Shown one piece after another: positions 1 to 10,323 of a DNA stretch of 64,000 nt. The first letter of the stretch is position 1; each line of letters starts with the position of its first letter. Under the pieces are notes generated by a model that saw only the letters and a list, made by a program, of their open reading frames with translations, did no database searches and was not told where the DNA came from. This DNA comes from a virus (Duplodnaviria > Caudoviricetes): positions 128,001 to 192,000 of the IMG/VR virus record IMGVR_UViG_3300037067_013225. One strand, 5' to 3'. The position numbers and the translations under genes are program-made.

Positions 1-251
1 ACAGCTATGAGCCTTTTGTGGTAAACGCTTTATCGGGTAGATATCCGTTTATTGTTAGGGTGAATGATTGGAATTTTAATGATCAGATTATTGTAGAAAC
101 TATCGAACAATTAAAAACTATCGGTACAACGCCAAATTATGTCATAAATAAAGATATTACATCATTTAGAACGACTATCGGATCTGATAAATCCCCATTC
201 ATCGATTTTTGTATTATAGCCAAAACAAAGTAGCAAATCGGAGTAAAATAA

Positions 252-1706
252 ATGGTCTTGGTTCAAGATGATTTTTCTATTAATTGTCCTTTTAGGACGA
301 TATCGGCAGGTTCGCCCGATGACTTATTTCTGGGCCAAATTGATATGCGGGCAGACGAAGGTATCGTTACAGATGCCACAGATGGCGCGACATTCCGCGC
401 AACAATCCCGACAGAACTTGTAACTACGCAACTAGGTTCCGATAATTATGAGGTCTGGTCGGATAACGAAGGCACTGCCAGCCAAGTAGATTATCATAAT
501 TTCGTAGACTATATTAAGCTATATGTTACGAATACTGGCGATGAAAACGCCATTGATCCACGACTATCAATAACGGGGGTTATGAAGCCCACAGATACCA
601 ATGTCACAGATATCTATTCCTTGTATGCGGCATTGGGATTCGTTGATGATGCCGACTATATGGAGCGTTCAACGACTAGTGTTGCAAACGATTACGCAAA
701 TGGGACACGTGAAGGATTCCCCTCATATGCCTTTAATTCATCCGATGTCACAGATCACTTATCCGGTATCAAAGTGGCGGAAGATATCGTTAACTGCGGC
801 CTCGGCTCTAATGCATTATTCGGTGCTCATAAAGTAATCCGCAAAATAGATCAAGACTCAGATCTATATCAAGAGAACAAATCACTACGTGCATCTTGGA
901 CAGGATCGCCCACGCCGTTTAAATTATATGCTATTGGAGAAACCAATAGAGCCATCGTGATAGGATTAGTGACCCCTGGAACCGATCCTGATGAAACATT
1001 ATTCATTGATGCGTTTTCACCATATGCGAATATTTATTTTCAGAAAATATATGGTATTGTAGCCATCAAGAGCACCGAAATCATCACATGCTGGAATGAT
1101 ATCACTAAAGATAAGCTATATACACCGAATGTCGATATAGATATTGAGTGGAAATTATCAACCAGTTCTACATGGGCGAATTGGATTACACTTACTACAT
1201 CAATGGCGTATTCTTTGACGTTCTTTGATGAGCGTATCATTTATTATGGTTCAAATCAGAATCTCATTGTTTCGTCTAATGCTTATGGATTACATCAGAC
1301 ACGTCTTCACACAACAACTAATTCTACTGTATTGATAAGTGAGCCTGGTGATTGGTCCGTGAATCCTAGCGATGATCAAATCGGTTATATTGATTTCTCG
1401 TCGCCGGGAGTTGATCTGACCGATATTAAATTGGGTGATAGAGCCTTGGGGGTGGACAGTGCTGGTGATGTGTATGATTTAGGGTGGATTGTAGATATTG
1501 GTGACACCCCATCTTATGGTACTCTTACAACCTCAATTTATCCTCAAGATAGTGCAGATTTAGCACCAACAAGTTTCGATTTAATTAAAATCATTGATGG
1601 GACACGTTCCAGGTTTGGATTTTGGTTCCGGCGTGAATGTGCATGTCAGGTAACTGCGCCTGCGGATTGTACTTATGATGCATATTTCCGAGTTACCTCT
1701 ACATAA
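252..1706 (+). CDS. hypothetical protein, probably virion structural
   Basis: 484-aa ORF, GGAG RBS upstream, Thr/Asp/Ser-rich, upstream of the fibre gene; no recognisable motif. Confidence 0.55.
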   Translation: MVLVQDDFSINCPFRTISAGSPDDLFLGQIDMRADEGIVTDATDGATFRATIPTELVTTQLGSDNYEVWSDNEGTASQVDYHNFVDYIKLYVTNTGDENAIDPRLSITGVMKPTDTNVTDIYSLYAALGFVDDADYMERSTTSVANDYANGTREGFPSYAFNSSDVTDHLSGIKVAEDIVNCGLGSNALFGAHKVIRKIDQDSDLYQENKSLRASWTGSPTPFKLYAIGETNRAIVIGLVTPGTDPDETLFIDAFSPYANIYFQKIYGIVAIKSTEIITCWNDITKDKLYTPNVDIDIEWKLSTSSTWANWITLTTSMAYSLTFFDERIIYYGSNQNLIVSSNAYGLHQTRLHTTTNSTVLISEPGDWSVNPSDDQIGYIDFSSPGVDLTDIKLGDRALGVDSAGDVYDLGWIVDIGDTPSYGTLTTSIYPQDSADLAPTSFDLIKIIDGTRSRFGFWFRRECACQVTAPADCTYDAYFRVTST

Positions 1707-1717
1707 TAGGACAATAT

Positions 1718-1945
1718 ATGCAACCGTTGTTAACACGCTATAAGATAATTTTATTTTCTCTGTCTGTATTCGGGATCATTGCGCTTACTGTGGTTGGTAC
1801 AGATTCGTATCGATTAATTTCTGGGCAGGCAACCGAATATAGCTCTACGTCATTGATGATTATTACCGCATTGGTTGGATTCTTTAGCGGTGTGGTTTCC
1901 GGATATGTGGAGGCCAAGAGGCACGAAGATAGTCCAGGCGCATAA
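1718..1945 (+). CDS. small two-TM membrane protein (holin-like)
   Basis: 75 aa, two hydrophobic stretches and a charged C-terminus; AGGA RBS. Confidence 0.45.
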   Translation: MQPLLTRYKIILFSLSVFGIIALTVVGTDSYRLISGQATEYSSTSLMIITALVGFFSGVVSGYVEAKRHEDSPGA

Positions 1946-4251
1946 TGGCTGAATTTTATTCCAACGATAACATTCCGAAGTCATTTTTAGATATCGAAAG
2001 CTCATTCGATATAGCATCTGGCGTATCGGATTTATTTGATACGGTTCAACCGAATGTTCATACGCGTCTTACTTCTGATATTTTGGCTACATCTACGGAT
2101 ATTCCTCTAGATGATATTACGGGATTTTTCCCGCCAGATATTGTTCCAGATATAAATAATCCCTTCGGTATACCTAGCGCTACTTCAGATTGGGGTAGGG
2201 TTATTTTGCATATAGATGGAGAGATAATCCTGATTGAAGGATTCACTCTAACGACTGGTACGGCTGGTTTGGCGCATGTGGCACTGCGTAGTCCGGATAA
2301 TGGTCGTGGTTTAGTGGGAACGACACCCGCAGCACACTATACGGGTGCAAGGGTTTATAGTTTTGTTAGCTCTGTTTCGCACACCAATATTACCGCCTCT
2401 ATTAAAGAAATAGAATCACAATTAATCGATATATTTAATTATTCTACCGGACATGATCATTCCACTACTGGTGCAGGCAAACCCATACCTAGCGCTGGTA
2501 TACAGGCGGGTGCGATAACTGAGACCAAGCTTGCCACAAATGCTGTTACTGTTCCGAAGGTATCTATTGTTGGAACACCGGTGACGGGGAATGTGGTCGG
2601 ATATTCTGGCGGGAATTTTGTTTGGACATCCGGAAGTACGGGTGGTTCCGGTTCATCTGGAGTGTCGGGATATTCGGGGTATTCGGGTGCAGGCACATCT
2701 GGTATATCCGGGTACAGCGGGAAAAGCGGGTATTCCGGTATATCCGGCTATTCTGGTAGCGGGATCAGTGGATACTCTGGGATTTCCGGTTATAGCGGAA
2801 GAAGTGGTTACTCTGGTTCTGGAATATCTGGGTATTCGGGAACTTCCGGATATTCTGGTTACAGTGGTATTTCAGGTTATTCCGGCATAAGCGGCTATTC
2901 GGGGATTTCTGGTTATTCTGGATCTGGGATCTCCGGTTATAGTGGGTCGGGTGTTTCGGGTTATTCCGGTATTTCCGGATATAGTGGTCAGGCCGCAGTC
3001 GGTGTTTATTTATTTTATCATAGCGAGGCAGACGAAACTAGTATCGCGGATTATTATGGTTGGAAACGTTCCACGCTAGATACCACAGATAATCATCTAA
3101 TCGCGTCTGGCGCTACGGGTACCGAATGGCAGATGAAATGGGACGGTACAGGTAATGCCGTATCACACATTACGGTGCCAAATATTCCAGGTGTATTATT
3201 GATTCCGGCTGGTAACTGGAATTTTAATATGTATGCGCATGTGGATAATGCTACTGGTTCTACATATTTAAAAGTATATGTTTTACGAAGAGACATTGCG
3301 GGGAATGAGTATCCTCTATTCGATACGACGAGTCCAGAGATAAATGACACTTCGGTTGCCGCACTAAATTGGTCATATTATACAAATCCGATTGCGTTGG
3401 GTGCTACTACCGACAGATTGGTTTGTAAAATGTTTATGGTTGCTTCGTCTACCAGAACATTGACTTTGACATGTGGCAGTCAAACATATTCTGCCCATGT
3501 GGAAACACCCATTACGGTTGGTGCGGAAGGTGCATCGGGTTTTTCGGGGATTTCAGGTTACTCTGGGATCAGCGGATATTCGGGAATTTCTGGTTATAGC
3601 GGGAAAAGTGGATATTCTGGAATCTCTGGTTATAGCGGAATATCAGGGTATTCTGGATCGGGTATATCGGGTTATAGTGGCAGCGGTATTTCCGGGTACT
3701 CTGGAACTTCCGGCTATAGTGGTATTTCCGGCTATTCAGGTACAAAACCTTCGGGACAAATATTCCTAAGTGCTGCTGGTATGTGGCCCTCACAAACAAG
3801 CGGTTGTGCTAGTGCTGCCCAACTAGAGATGGGTACGAATAAGGAAAGCTTTTACTATTTGGCCTTCGATGCATCTACCGCAGAATACGCCCAAGCAACA
3901 ATAATTATGCCTGCGGATTGGGATGCTGGAACGGTGACTGCTTCGATATATTGGACTCATCCTGCCGCTTTAACCAACTTCGACGTCGTGTGGGCCTGTG
4001 CTGGTAATGCATATGGAAACGATGACACATTGGATGCAGCGTTTTCTGCCGGTGTTGCGGTGACAGATACGGGTGGAACTACGTCAGATCTATACATTAC
4101 TGCCGCAACGGGTGCAATAACATTAGCCGGGACTCCTGCTGCTGGAGAATTGGTGCAATTCAGAGTATATCGAAATGCTGCCGATGGTGCAGATACACTA
4201 GGAACCGACGCATATTTATTGGGAGTGCTGATTAATTTCACTAGAACGTAA
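1945..4251 (+). CDS. tail fibre/spike-like protein with Gly-X-Ser repeats
   Basis: 768 aa, two long (SGYSGI)n tracts separated by globular domains; structural-gene context. Confidence 0.65.
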   Translation: MAEFYSNDNIPKSFLDIESSFDIASGVSDLFDTVQPNVHTRLTSDILATSTDIPLDDITGFFPPDIVPDINNPFGIPSATSDWGRVILHIDGEIILIEGFTLTTGTAGLAHVALRSPDNGRGLVGTTPAAHYTGARVYSFVSSVSHTNITASIKEIESQLIDIFNYSTGHDHSTTGAGKPIPSAGIQAGAITETKLATNAVTVPKVSIVGTPVTGNVVGYSGGNFVWTSGSTGGSGSSGVSGYSGYSGAGTSGISGYSGKSGYSGISGYSGSGISGYSGISGYSGRSGYSGSGISGYSGTSGYSGYSGISGYSGISGYSGISGYSGSGISGYSGSGVSGYSGISGYSGQAAVGVYLFYHSEADETSIADYYGWKRSTLDTTDNHLIASGATGTEWQMKWDGTGNAVSHITVPNIPGVLLIPAGNWNFNMYAHVDNATGSTYLKVYVLRRDIAGNEYPLFDTTSPEINDTSVAALNWSYYTNPIALGATTDRLVCKMFMVASSTRTLTLTCGSQTYSAHVETPITVGAEGASGFSGISGYSGISGYSGISGYSGKSGYSGISGYSGISGYSGSGISGYSGSGISGYSGTSGYSGISGYSGTKPSGQIFLSAAGMWPSQTSGCASAAQLEMGTNKESFYYLAFDASTAEYAQATIIMPADWDAGTVTASIYWTHPAALTNFDVVWACAGNAYGNDDTLDAAFSAGVAVTDTGGTTSDLYITAATGAITLAGTPAAGELVQFRVYRNAADGADTLGTDAYLLGVLINFTRT
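2641..2990 (+). repeat. coding repeat SGYSG(I/S), tract 1
   Basis: Gly at every third residue over about 115 aa; codons diverged (protein-level repeat). Confidence 0.9.
3530..3742 (+). repeat. coding repeat SGYSG(I/S), tract 2
   Basis: same repeat, about 70 aa. Confidence 0.9.
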
Positions 4252-4811
4252 TGGCTACCGCGACTAAAGCAACAACTCATGCCGTAGATAGTTCTACCGT
4301 TGGTACAGTTGCCTGGGGTAGTCCAGGCAATGTAACAGCTAATGATGCAACATTTTCTACCGCTTTATATTCTGGAACTAAAACAGCTACGACGCATTAC
4401 CTATATTGTGATACTTTCGGTTTTGATATACCTTATGGTGCAATAATTAATGGAATCGTAGCGGGCATTCATTGCAAATCATCTGCAAGTAGTGTTGGAG
4501 ACTATTGTGTAGATGGTGTGGTTAAATTAATCAAGGCAGATTCAAGTCTGAGCGCTACCGATAATGCTTTGGCTAGCCATTGGGATACGGTAGAGACGGA
4601 CACTCCTCACGGAAGTTCAACCGATTTATGGGGCGAAACTTGGACTCCCGCCAATATCAACAGTTCTGCATTTGGTATGGTTTTGTCGGTCCTAATAGCC
4701 TCCACATCTTTTACGATGGCATCTGTAGATTACATATATATTACAGTATACTATACGCCTAGGATACCGAGAAATTCATCTGCCGTTTATCAAAATCCTT
4801 GCATAATTTAG
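4251..4811 (+). CDS. hypothetical virion protein
   Basis: 186 aa, Thr/Ser/Ala-rich, start overlaps the fibre gene stop (TAATG). Confidence 0.5.
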   Translation: MATATKATTHAVDSSTVGTVAWGSPGNVTANDATFSTALYSGTKTATTHYLYCDTFGFDIPYGAIINGIVAGIHCKSSASSVGDYCVDGVVKLIKADSSLSATDNALASHWDTVETDTPHGSSTDLWGETWTPANINSSAFGMVLSVLIASTSFTMASVDYIYITVYYTPRIPRNSSAVYQNPCII

Positions 4812-4827
4812 ATATCTGTGGTATAAT
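4799..4827 (+). promoter_or_regulatory. sigma70-type promoter
   Basis: TTGCAT-17 bp-TATAAT with extended -10 TG, upstream of the glycosyltransferase operon. Confidence 0.75.
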
Positions 4828-4842
4828 ATCGGTGAGAGAGAC

Positions 4843-7176
4843 ATGCCCAATATATCTGTGGTTATACCTGTTGGCCCTGGTTACGAGATCACAAAAAACT
4901 GTATCGAATCGCTTTTAAAGTATACAGATCTACACAATATCAATCTGATTGCTGTTATTAATGGCACAGAGCAAGAAACGTATGATTATCTTCACGACAT
5001 ACAACCCAAAGTCGAATTAATCACTTTAGTAGAGCCTTGGGGTTATACACGCGCAACTAACGCTGGCATTAAGCGAGCTTTAGAGAATGGGAGCGACTTC
5101 ATTATCTTATTAAATAATGATACGGTATTTTTAGAACAACAACCAAATACTTGGCTCGATCATCTTCTTAAACCGTTTAGCAATTCTGATGTCGGAATTA
5201 CAGGACCACTAATTAGACATGATGACGGATGCAATGAGGATTTTATCGTATTCTTCTGTGCTTGTATATCTGCCAAGTTATTCAGAGAAATCGGTGTTCT
5301 GGATGAGGTATTCAATCCGGGCGGTTTTGAAGATGTTGATTTCTGTATTAGAGCGCGGCAAGCCGGTTATAAAATAGTCCAGGTTCCCGATGATAGAATT
5401 TTTGAGAACTATGCCACCGGTGTATTCCCAATATTCCACATGGGAGAGCAAACCGTTTCTAAAATTCCCAACTGGAACGGCATCTTTGAAAGAAACCGTG
5501 TTGTGTTAAAAGAAAAATATACAATTAAACCAAATCATAATGATGGTCCGACTATCGGTACAAATGATCCGATTTCACATCGCGAATTTACTAGATATAA
5601 TTGGTGCAGAGAAAAAATCGAATCAACTTTCGGTAAAACGGCGGGATTACGTGTTTTAGATCTGGGTATGTCGTCTGGATACGGACAAAGGATATTACCT
5701 ACAGATATCGACTATGAGGGATGGGATATCAGTCAAGATATTATCGACTATGCTCGTCGTGAATTTCCACGGGGAAGATATCGGAAATTTGATCTGGAAA
5801 AGGATATTATCGATGGACAATGGGATGTGATTTTGGCCCTCGAAATCATTGAACACCTGGATAACGGATTGAGACTGGTCCAGGCTCTAAAGAATCATTG
5901 CAAATTATTATTGGTATCTGTACCAGAAAAAGATTCCGGTATATGGGGGGATTATCATAAATTACTCAACCTAACGGCAAAAGATTTTCCCGGATTCGAT
6001 ATCACAACTTATAGTCGGTTTAGTGGTGAAAGGATCATCAATACAATGTATGATGGATTTGAGAACCTATTTTTATCGTGGCCGCAAACCAAAAAGCATA
6101 TTCTGGTGGATGTTTGTACTAAAGATCGCTATTTCTCAACATTACCCATGACTTTAAGTTCCATAATTACACAAACCGTAACACCCGACAAAATTATTAT
6201 TGTGGATGATGGAGAGCAACGAGATTTGCGCCAGGTTCCTATTTATTCACATCTATTTCAGATGATGGCCGAAAAAGGTATAAATTGGTATATTGCATTC
6301 GGGCAAAAACGTGGGCAACATTATGGTCATCAAATGGTACAAGATATCGCAATAAATGAGGGGTATGATCTGGTTTGGCGGGTAGATGATGACACCGTTT
6401 CGGAACCGGATTGTCTAGAAAAACTTCTACACTCATGGAATCCGCATGTTGGTGCGGTGGGTGGAAGAATTTTAACACCCCCAACCAGGCTAGCACCGTC
6501 CAATCAACTGCAAGGCTCTATAAAAAATACCCAAGACAATCCCCAATGGTATAAGAATAATCCATGTTATACCGTTAATACGCAATCTATTGATAACGAT
6601 ATCGATGTAGATCATCTACATTGTTCATTTATATATCGTCCAGGTATAGCTGAGTATAATTTAGCGTTATCACCTGTAGCGCATACAGAGGAAACACAAT
6701 TCACTTACGAGATCAAACGTGCTGGCTATAGGGTGGTATTTCAACCGCAAGCGATAACATGGCATTTACGCAATCCCGAAGGCGGTATTAGATCACATTC
6801 AAATCAGGCATTTTATGATCACGATATCAAGATATTTAACAACAAACTCGCATCTTGGGGTATAGATGCGCCAACAACACCAGATATCAAGATTATCTGG
6901 TTGAAAACCGGTCTTGGCGATCATTTAGCTTTAAGCACATTAATACCGGAATTGGTTGCAAAATATGGCAAACTACATATCGTTTGTACATTGCCGGATG
7001 CGTTTTACGACATGAATGATATTTTTGTAGAGCCTTGGCCTGGGACAAAAGCTCTACAAATGGGATATACGCCACCTCCGGACGAAGAAATAAATATTTA
7101 TGTTTTTATGAAGAATAACAATTGGACAAATTCTCTCATTGATGCATATCGTGTATTTTATGGACTTGATAAATGA
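4843..7176 (+). CDS. multidomain glycosyltransferase: GT2 - SAM methyltransferase - GT2 - partial GT9-like domain
   Basis: ISVVIP..LLNNDT..FEDVDFCIR (GT-A); VLDLGMSSGYG and LEIIEHL (class I MTase); IIIVDDG, RVDDD, HTEET (second GT-A); GLGDHL near the C-terminus. Confidence 0.8.
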   Translation: MPNISVVIPVGPGYEITKNCIESLLKYTDLHNINLIAVINGTEQETYDYLHDIQPKVELITLVEPWGYTRATNAGIKRALENGSDFIILLNNDTVFLEQQPNTWLDHLLKPFSNSDVGITGPLIRHDDGCNEDFIVFFCACISAKLFREIGVLDEVFNPGGFEDVDFCIRARQAGYKIVQVPDDRIFENYATGVFPIFHMGEQTVSKIPNWNGIFERNRVVLKEKYTIKPNHNDGPTIGTNDPISHREFTRYNWCREKIESTFGKTAGLRVLDLGMSSGYGQRILPTDIDYEGWDISQDIIDYARREFPRGRYRKFDLEKDIIDGQWDVILALEIIEHLDNGLRLVQALKNHCKLLLVSVPEKDSGIWGDYHKLLNLTAKDFPGFDITTYSRFSGERIINTMYDGFENLFLSWPQTKKHILVDVCTKDRYFSTLPMTLSSIITQTVTPDKIIIVDDGEQRDLRQVPIYSHLFQMMAEKGINWYIAFGQKRGQHYGHQMVQDIAINEGYDLVWRVDDDTVSEPDCLEKLLHSWNPHVGAVGGRILTPPTRLAPSNQLQGSIKNTQDNPQWYKNNPCYTVNTQSIDNDIDVDHLHCSFIYRPGIAEYNLALSPVAHTEETQFTYEIKRAGYRVVFQPQAITWHLRNPEGGIRSHSNQAFYDHDIKIFNNKLASWGIDAPTTPDIKIIWLKTGLGDHLALSTLIPELVAKYGKLHIVCTLPDAFYDMNDIFVEPWPGTKALQMGYTPPPDEEINIYVFMKNNNWTNSLIDAYRVFYGLDK

Positions 7177-7877
7177 GAACCCTCGTGATCCCCGACATTC
7201 ATAATAAAGTTGGCAAAGCGGAAAAGATATTGCAATCGATTCCGCATGACAAGGCTATATTTTTGGGTGATTATTTTGACTCGTTTGAGGAAGAACCTGA
7301 TAATTTATCCACAATAAAAACTGCGCAATTCATCAATAGACATATTAATGATCCCAATACTATATTTGTGCAAGGCAATCATGATGCGCACTATATGTTT
7401 AATCGTGGATTTTTGCGTGGATCTGGATATACACCGGAAAAGGCGAAATTAATACAATCATTAGTTTCTCCACAAACATTCGGCAAAATGTCCCTATATA
7501 CGGTGGATCAGGGATTTAATTTATCCCATGCGGGATTTCATCCGAAACTATTCATGCATCCTGTTAAGGGTATGGATTATGACTATATTAATGGCATATT
7601 GAAACAAGCCGTTGAGGGCGGAATAAATAATGTTCCACATCCGGCATTGCAGCCCGGTCGTGCTCGTGGCGGTATAAATGAAGTACCAGGATTGACTTGG
7701 ACCGATTGGGATAATGAATTCGTACCGATATCTGGATTCAATCAGATAGTTGGTCACAGCAGTCATAGAGAACCGCAATTTAAAAACACATCGGATTCCA
7801 CGAATCTCGATCTGGATACGAATTTAGGTTACGTTGGTATGATTGATAATGGAAAATTGGATGTGCTAAAAGTATGA
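7173..7877 (+). CDS. calcineurin-like metallophosphoesterase
   Basis: DIH, GDYFD, GNHD, SHAG and GHS motifs. Confidence 0.85.
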   Translation: MRTLVIPDIHNKVGKAEKILQSIPHDKAIFLGDYFDSFEEEPDNLSTIKTAQFINRHINDPNTIFVQGNHDAHYMFNRGFLRGSGYTPEKAKLIQSLVSPQTFGKMSLYTVDQGFNLSHAGFHPKLFMHPVKGMDYDYINGILKQAVEGGINNVPHPALQPGRARGGINEVPGLTWTDWDNEFVPISGFNQIVGHSSHREPQFKNTSDSTNLDLDTNLGYVGMIDNGKLDVLKV

Positions 7878-9052
7878 AAATCGTCATCATAATGCCATCT
7901 TTAAATAGACCAGACTATCATTGTATTATCGAGAAATGTATTCAAGAACAAATATTTGATGGTGAAATTGAATTATTAATCGCTGAAGAAAAATGGTCTT
8001 TGGATGATCACGGCTCTAGAGTCAAAAATGCTAAATATATCGAGTTGAATTGTGACAATGATAGAATATTATCTTTGCATGAGAAATATAATGCGTTAAA
8101 TAAAGCTGCTATCGAGAGTGGTGCAGATTATATCATTCAGATGGATTCCGATAATTATTTTGGTCCAAACTATATCCGAAAAGCTATAAATATCTTGCAG
8201 CAATCGAAAAAAGATTTCCTCTGTCACGATAGTTATTATTTATACGACATGATTAATGATAATTGTGGATTTTGTAACACAGAAGTATTAAACTGGACGG
8301 GACATTTTTGTTACACACCATATATCGTGAATATTCTCATTAATGCACAAATAGATAATAAATCGCATCTAGATCGACACCTAAATTATGACAAAACAAT
8401 ATTCGGCCTGGTGCTGGAATTTGCCGGAATGAAACGTATGACATCCACGGACGATCTTAACAAAGATTGGCTCCAGATACGTCACGGTGCAAACGGAACA
8501 GTCCAACCATATATAACATGGGGTGTTGATGATATCGTTTTATCGGATATCGTTTGCGATAAAGATATTTTAGATTTTTATCATGCGCATAATCAGACTA
8601 AAATAACTAATCAGATTTTAATTGCGCCATGGTCCAATGCACTTCCCGATGGACGGACAAATGCAAAAAATTACCCGTATTGGAGGGAACTTGTTGCTCT
8701 ACTAAAGCCGCATTACCATGTCACTCAGATTGGTCGTATGGGTGAGAAGGAATTATGCTCAGATGTGAGATTTTACTACGATATAAGACAGATTGCTGAT
8801 TTGTTACGCCAAGCCGATACTTTTATTTCCGTGGATAGTTTTCTACCACATTTGGCGCACAAAATTGGTAAATCTGGGATTGTTTTGTTTGGTCAATCCG
8901 ATCCAAACATATTCGGCTATGATGAAAATATCAATCTGCTAAAGGATCGTAACTATTTACGTCCGAATCAGTTTGAAATATGGGATAATTGTGAATATAA
9001 TAGGGAAGCTTTTGTAGAGCCGGAAGCGGTTTTACGCGCTTTAGGAGTATAG
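7874..9052 (+). CDS. glycosyltransferase: GT2-like domain plus C-terminal half of a GT9-like domain
   Basis: IIQMDSDN (DxD); AKNYPYW..FISVDSFLPHLAH..GIVLFG resembles the heptosyltransferase C-domain. Confidence 0.7.
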   Translation: MKIVIIMPSLNRPDYHCIIEKCIQEQIFDGEIELLIAEEKWSLDDHGSRVKNAKYIELNCDNDRILSLHEKYNALNKAAIESGADYIIQMDSDNYFGPNYIRKAINILQQSKKDFLCHDSYYLYDMINDNCGFCNTEVLNWTGHFCYTPYIVNILINAQIDNKSHLDRHLNYDKTIFGLVLEFAGMKRMTSTDDLNKDWLQIRHGANGTVQPYITWGVDDIVLSDIVCDKDILDFYHAHNQTKITNQILIAPWSNALPDGRTNAKNYPYWRELVALLKPHYHVTQIGRMGEKELCSDVRFYYDIRQIADLLRQADTFISVDSFLPHLAHKIGKSGIVLFGQSDPNIFGYDENINLLKDRNYLRPNQFEIWDNCEYNREAFVEPEAVLRALGV

Positions 9053-9053
9053 A

Positions 9054-9293
9054 ATGATACAAATGGACGACTATATTGTGGATTTAAAGACACGTATTGG
9101 TACCATGTTTGAGAAATTTCAAGAGGTAGCGGCTCTACTAGATGATACGAATCGCGAAATAAAAAGACTCACATCATATAGGACAGATATATCGCATGAA
9201 ATTGAGAAATTACGATCCGCCATCATGTCCAAAGCGGAAGAATATGAGGCTATAACTGGTGAAGAGTACCAATTTAATACCGAAAAAGAATAA
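9054..9293 (+). CDS. small coiled-coil protein
   Basis: 79 aa, heptad pattern, AGGAG RBS. Confidence 0.5.
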   Translation: MIQMDDYIVDLKTRIGTMFEKFQEVAALLDDTNREIKRLTSYRTDISHEIEKLRSAIMSKAEEYEAITGEEYQFNTEKE

Positions 9294-9333
9294 TAGGGTA
9301 AGATAATAGTGATCTATTTTATAGAGGAATAAT

Positions 9334-10314
9334 ATGGCATATAGCAATGCGACAATTTCGAATGCCGATCTTTTCAACGGTGGCACTTCGTTAAATTCAT
9401 TATTGACTGCTGCGGGCTGGACATGTTCAAGTAGCGCTACATCCTTTACTGCAAGCAAGGGTTTGATTTATGCGCAATTTGTTAGAACTGCCGTAGATGT
9501 TCCGACATTTAAGGTATATTTGTCTGATAATGGTGGTACAAGTTATTCCGATTATCAGACATTACGATTTGCACCGGATGGTACATATACGGGGAATCTA
9601 GATGTGCATTTCTTTGCGGATACTTCACCGGAGACCATCAAGATTGTAATTGGTGGTGTGTCGGGTGGATTATACTACTATAACATTATTTATTTGGGTT
9701 ATATTGCTCGATTCGATAGCACGGACGTCAATGCCTACGGGCTATATGTGAGCGGTGCTCCCGAAGCGCGTGGTGTCAATTATCCCCATGAAGGGATATC
9801 TTTGAGCACATTGGAGACGATGTTATTGCGGTCTGTACAACCTATTACAGCCGTTACAGGTAACATGCCGTTTAAATTCATGGATATGGATACCGTTGTC
9901 GAAATGGTTAATAGCGACTATAATTCGCGTGGAACGAAGAACAACCTTCTTACCGGCAGTGTCGATTTTGACGGCAATAGTATGAGGGATCTCTGGGAAG
10001 AGTCTAAATATCTAGGTCGTCGTATGGGGCAAGTCGGCGTTTATAAAGAATACATCGGTAATAATGGACGCGGATTGCGCGGAACATTGCGCGGATTGTA
10101 TGCGGTACAACAGTTCTGGACGCTAGATAATGCGGGAAATAAAATCCCACACAAGATTGGCAAGCAGGCACTTGCTGCTACGGTTTTGACAAGCACTCGT
10201 GGCGAAAAACGTTTTGATGGCGAAACAGATTGGTTGGTTTTCCCCCTATATAATTCAGTAAAAGACTACTATATTTATAATGGATTGCACGTTATCGCAC
10301 TTCCCAAGGTATAA
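9334..10314 (+). CDS. hypothetical virion-like protein
   Basis: 326 aa, GAGGA RBS; N-terminus (LLTAAGWT) resembles phage tail-associated proteins. Confidence 0.45.
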   Translation: MAYSNATISNADLFNGGTSLNSLLTAAGWTCSSSATSFTASKGLIYAQFVRTAVDVPTFKVYLSDNGGTSYSDYQTLRFAPDGTYTGNLDVHFFADTSPETIKIVIGGVSGGLYYYNIIYLGYIARFDSTDVNAYGLYVSGAPEARGVNYPHEGISLSTLETMLLRSVQPITAVTGNMPFKFMDMDTVVEMVNSDYNSRGTKNNLLTGSVDFDGNSMRDLWEESKYLGRRMGQVGVYKEYIGNNGRGLRGTLRGLYAVQQFWTLDNAGNKIPHKIGKQALAATVLTSTRGEKRFDGETDWLVFPLYNSVKDYYIYNGLHVIALPKV

Positions 10315-10323
10315 GGAACATAA

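Noticed and set aside
2641-3742. CRISPR array or DNA satellite
   Set aside because: Repeats are degenerate in DNA, conserved in protein, and have no spacers.
9296-9304. GGGTAAGAT before 9334 and again at 58428 before 58454 as a late promoter for the phage sigma factor
   Set aside because: Only two copies noticed; not enough to support a motif.
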